From positions 310,001-374,000 of the forward strand of contig JAQGDQ010000108.1 in NCBI GenBank assembly GCA_030141605.1: a stretch of DNA of 64,000 nt. Direction: 5' to 3'. Positions 63,501-64,000 of this stretch are shown here, piece by piece. The first letter of the stretch is position 1, and each line of letters opens with the position of its first letter. Made by a program: the position numbers and the translations under genes. This stretch comes from Tubiluchus corallicola. Lineage: Eukaryota; Animalia; Priapulida. Under the pieces are notes generated by a model that saw only the letters and a program-made list of their open reading frames with translations, searched no databases and had not been told where the DNA came from.

Positions 63501-63697
63501 CTGTATATACTTGTGTACAAGTCGGATTTTTGGGAGGCGATTATAAGGTGAAATTTTTGGGGTCAACTTATACTTTATGATATGTTTTTTTCGGATTCTG
63601 GCCGCAATATCCTAGGGTTAAAGGCATTACAAACAATTATGCGCGATGAAAGGCTAGGCTGTATTATCATGAATTGCATTGAGGGCCCTCAACATGA

Positions 63698-63735
<38 letters not shown>

Positions 63736-63948
63736 GGTAGGTATAATATATTCGGCCCAGGCACTTGCACGTATCTTACACACTAACACAGTAGGCTGTT
63801 GACTTATTACTTATTACTCGGCCATTGTTGATATCATTTACTCTGGAAGATCTTAATATTTTATGGTCGACTTGTACACAGGTAATATAGAAAATGATGC
63901 AATTTTTGGTCTTAAAATGCACATCGACTTGTACACGCGTATATACGG
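63501..63948. mobile_element. Tc1/mariner-pogo (Tc2-like) MITE
   Basis: TIR CTGTATATACTTGTGTACAAGTCG / CGACTTGTACACGCGTATATACGG, flanked by TA on both sides. Confidence 0.85.
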
Positions 63949-64000
63949 TATATATTACACATACGCAATTTGGTTCTCCAATGAATAGATAAAAGCACAT

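Overview
AT-rich, intron-rich, transposon-littered animal (invertebrate-type) genomic DNA, not prokaryotic. Most entries in the ORF track are artefacts of simple repeats or single exons. I spliced exons by hand, checking GT-AG sites and reading-frame phase, and found four genes. (1) The 3' part of a + strand class C GPCR of the GPR158/GPR179/Drosophila CG31760-like group: 7 exons, 1858-9409, TM3-TM7 plus C-tail. (2) A large + strand gene from ATG 14407 to at least 49362, encoding a signal peptide, 3 C-type lectin-like domains (3 exons each) and 17 Sushi/CCP modules, about 1516 aa before an unresolved last exon. Twelve of the CCP modules come from a tandem array of ~920-bp intron+exon units (about 29060-40740), each with a symmetric 180-nt phase-1 exon. 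A 13th unit is crippled and is followed by a decayed Academ-like DNA transposon. (3) An intact single-exon DEG/ENaC channel gene on the - strand (51522-53102). (4) A frameshifted tandem pseudogene copy of that channel (about 56710-58173). The window also holds a 57-bp minisatellite, hAT/pogo/Kolobok-like MITEs, a 1.7-kb foldback element, LINE 3' ends and many microsatellites. The best candidate for an undescribed system is the lectin-CCP gene, whose homogenised, frame-neutral exon array could act as a variable-length stalk through copy-number change and/or splicing.
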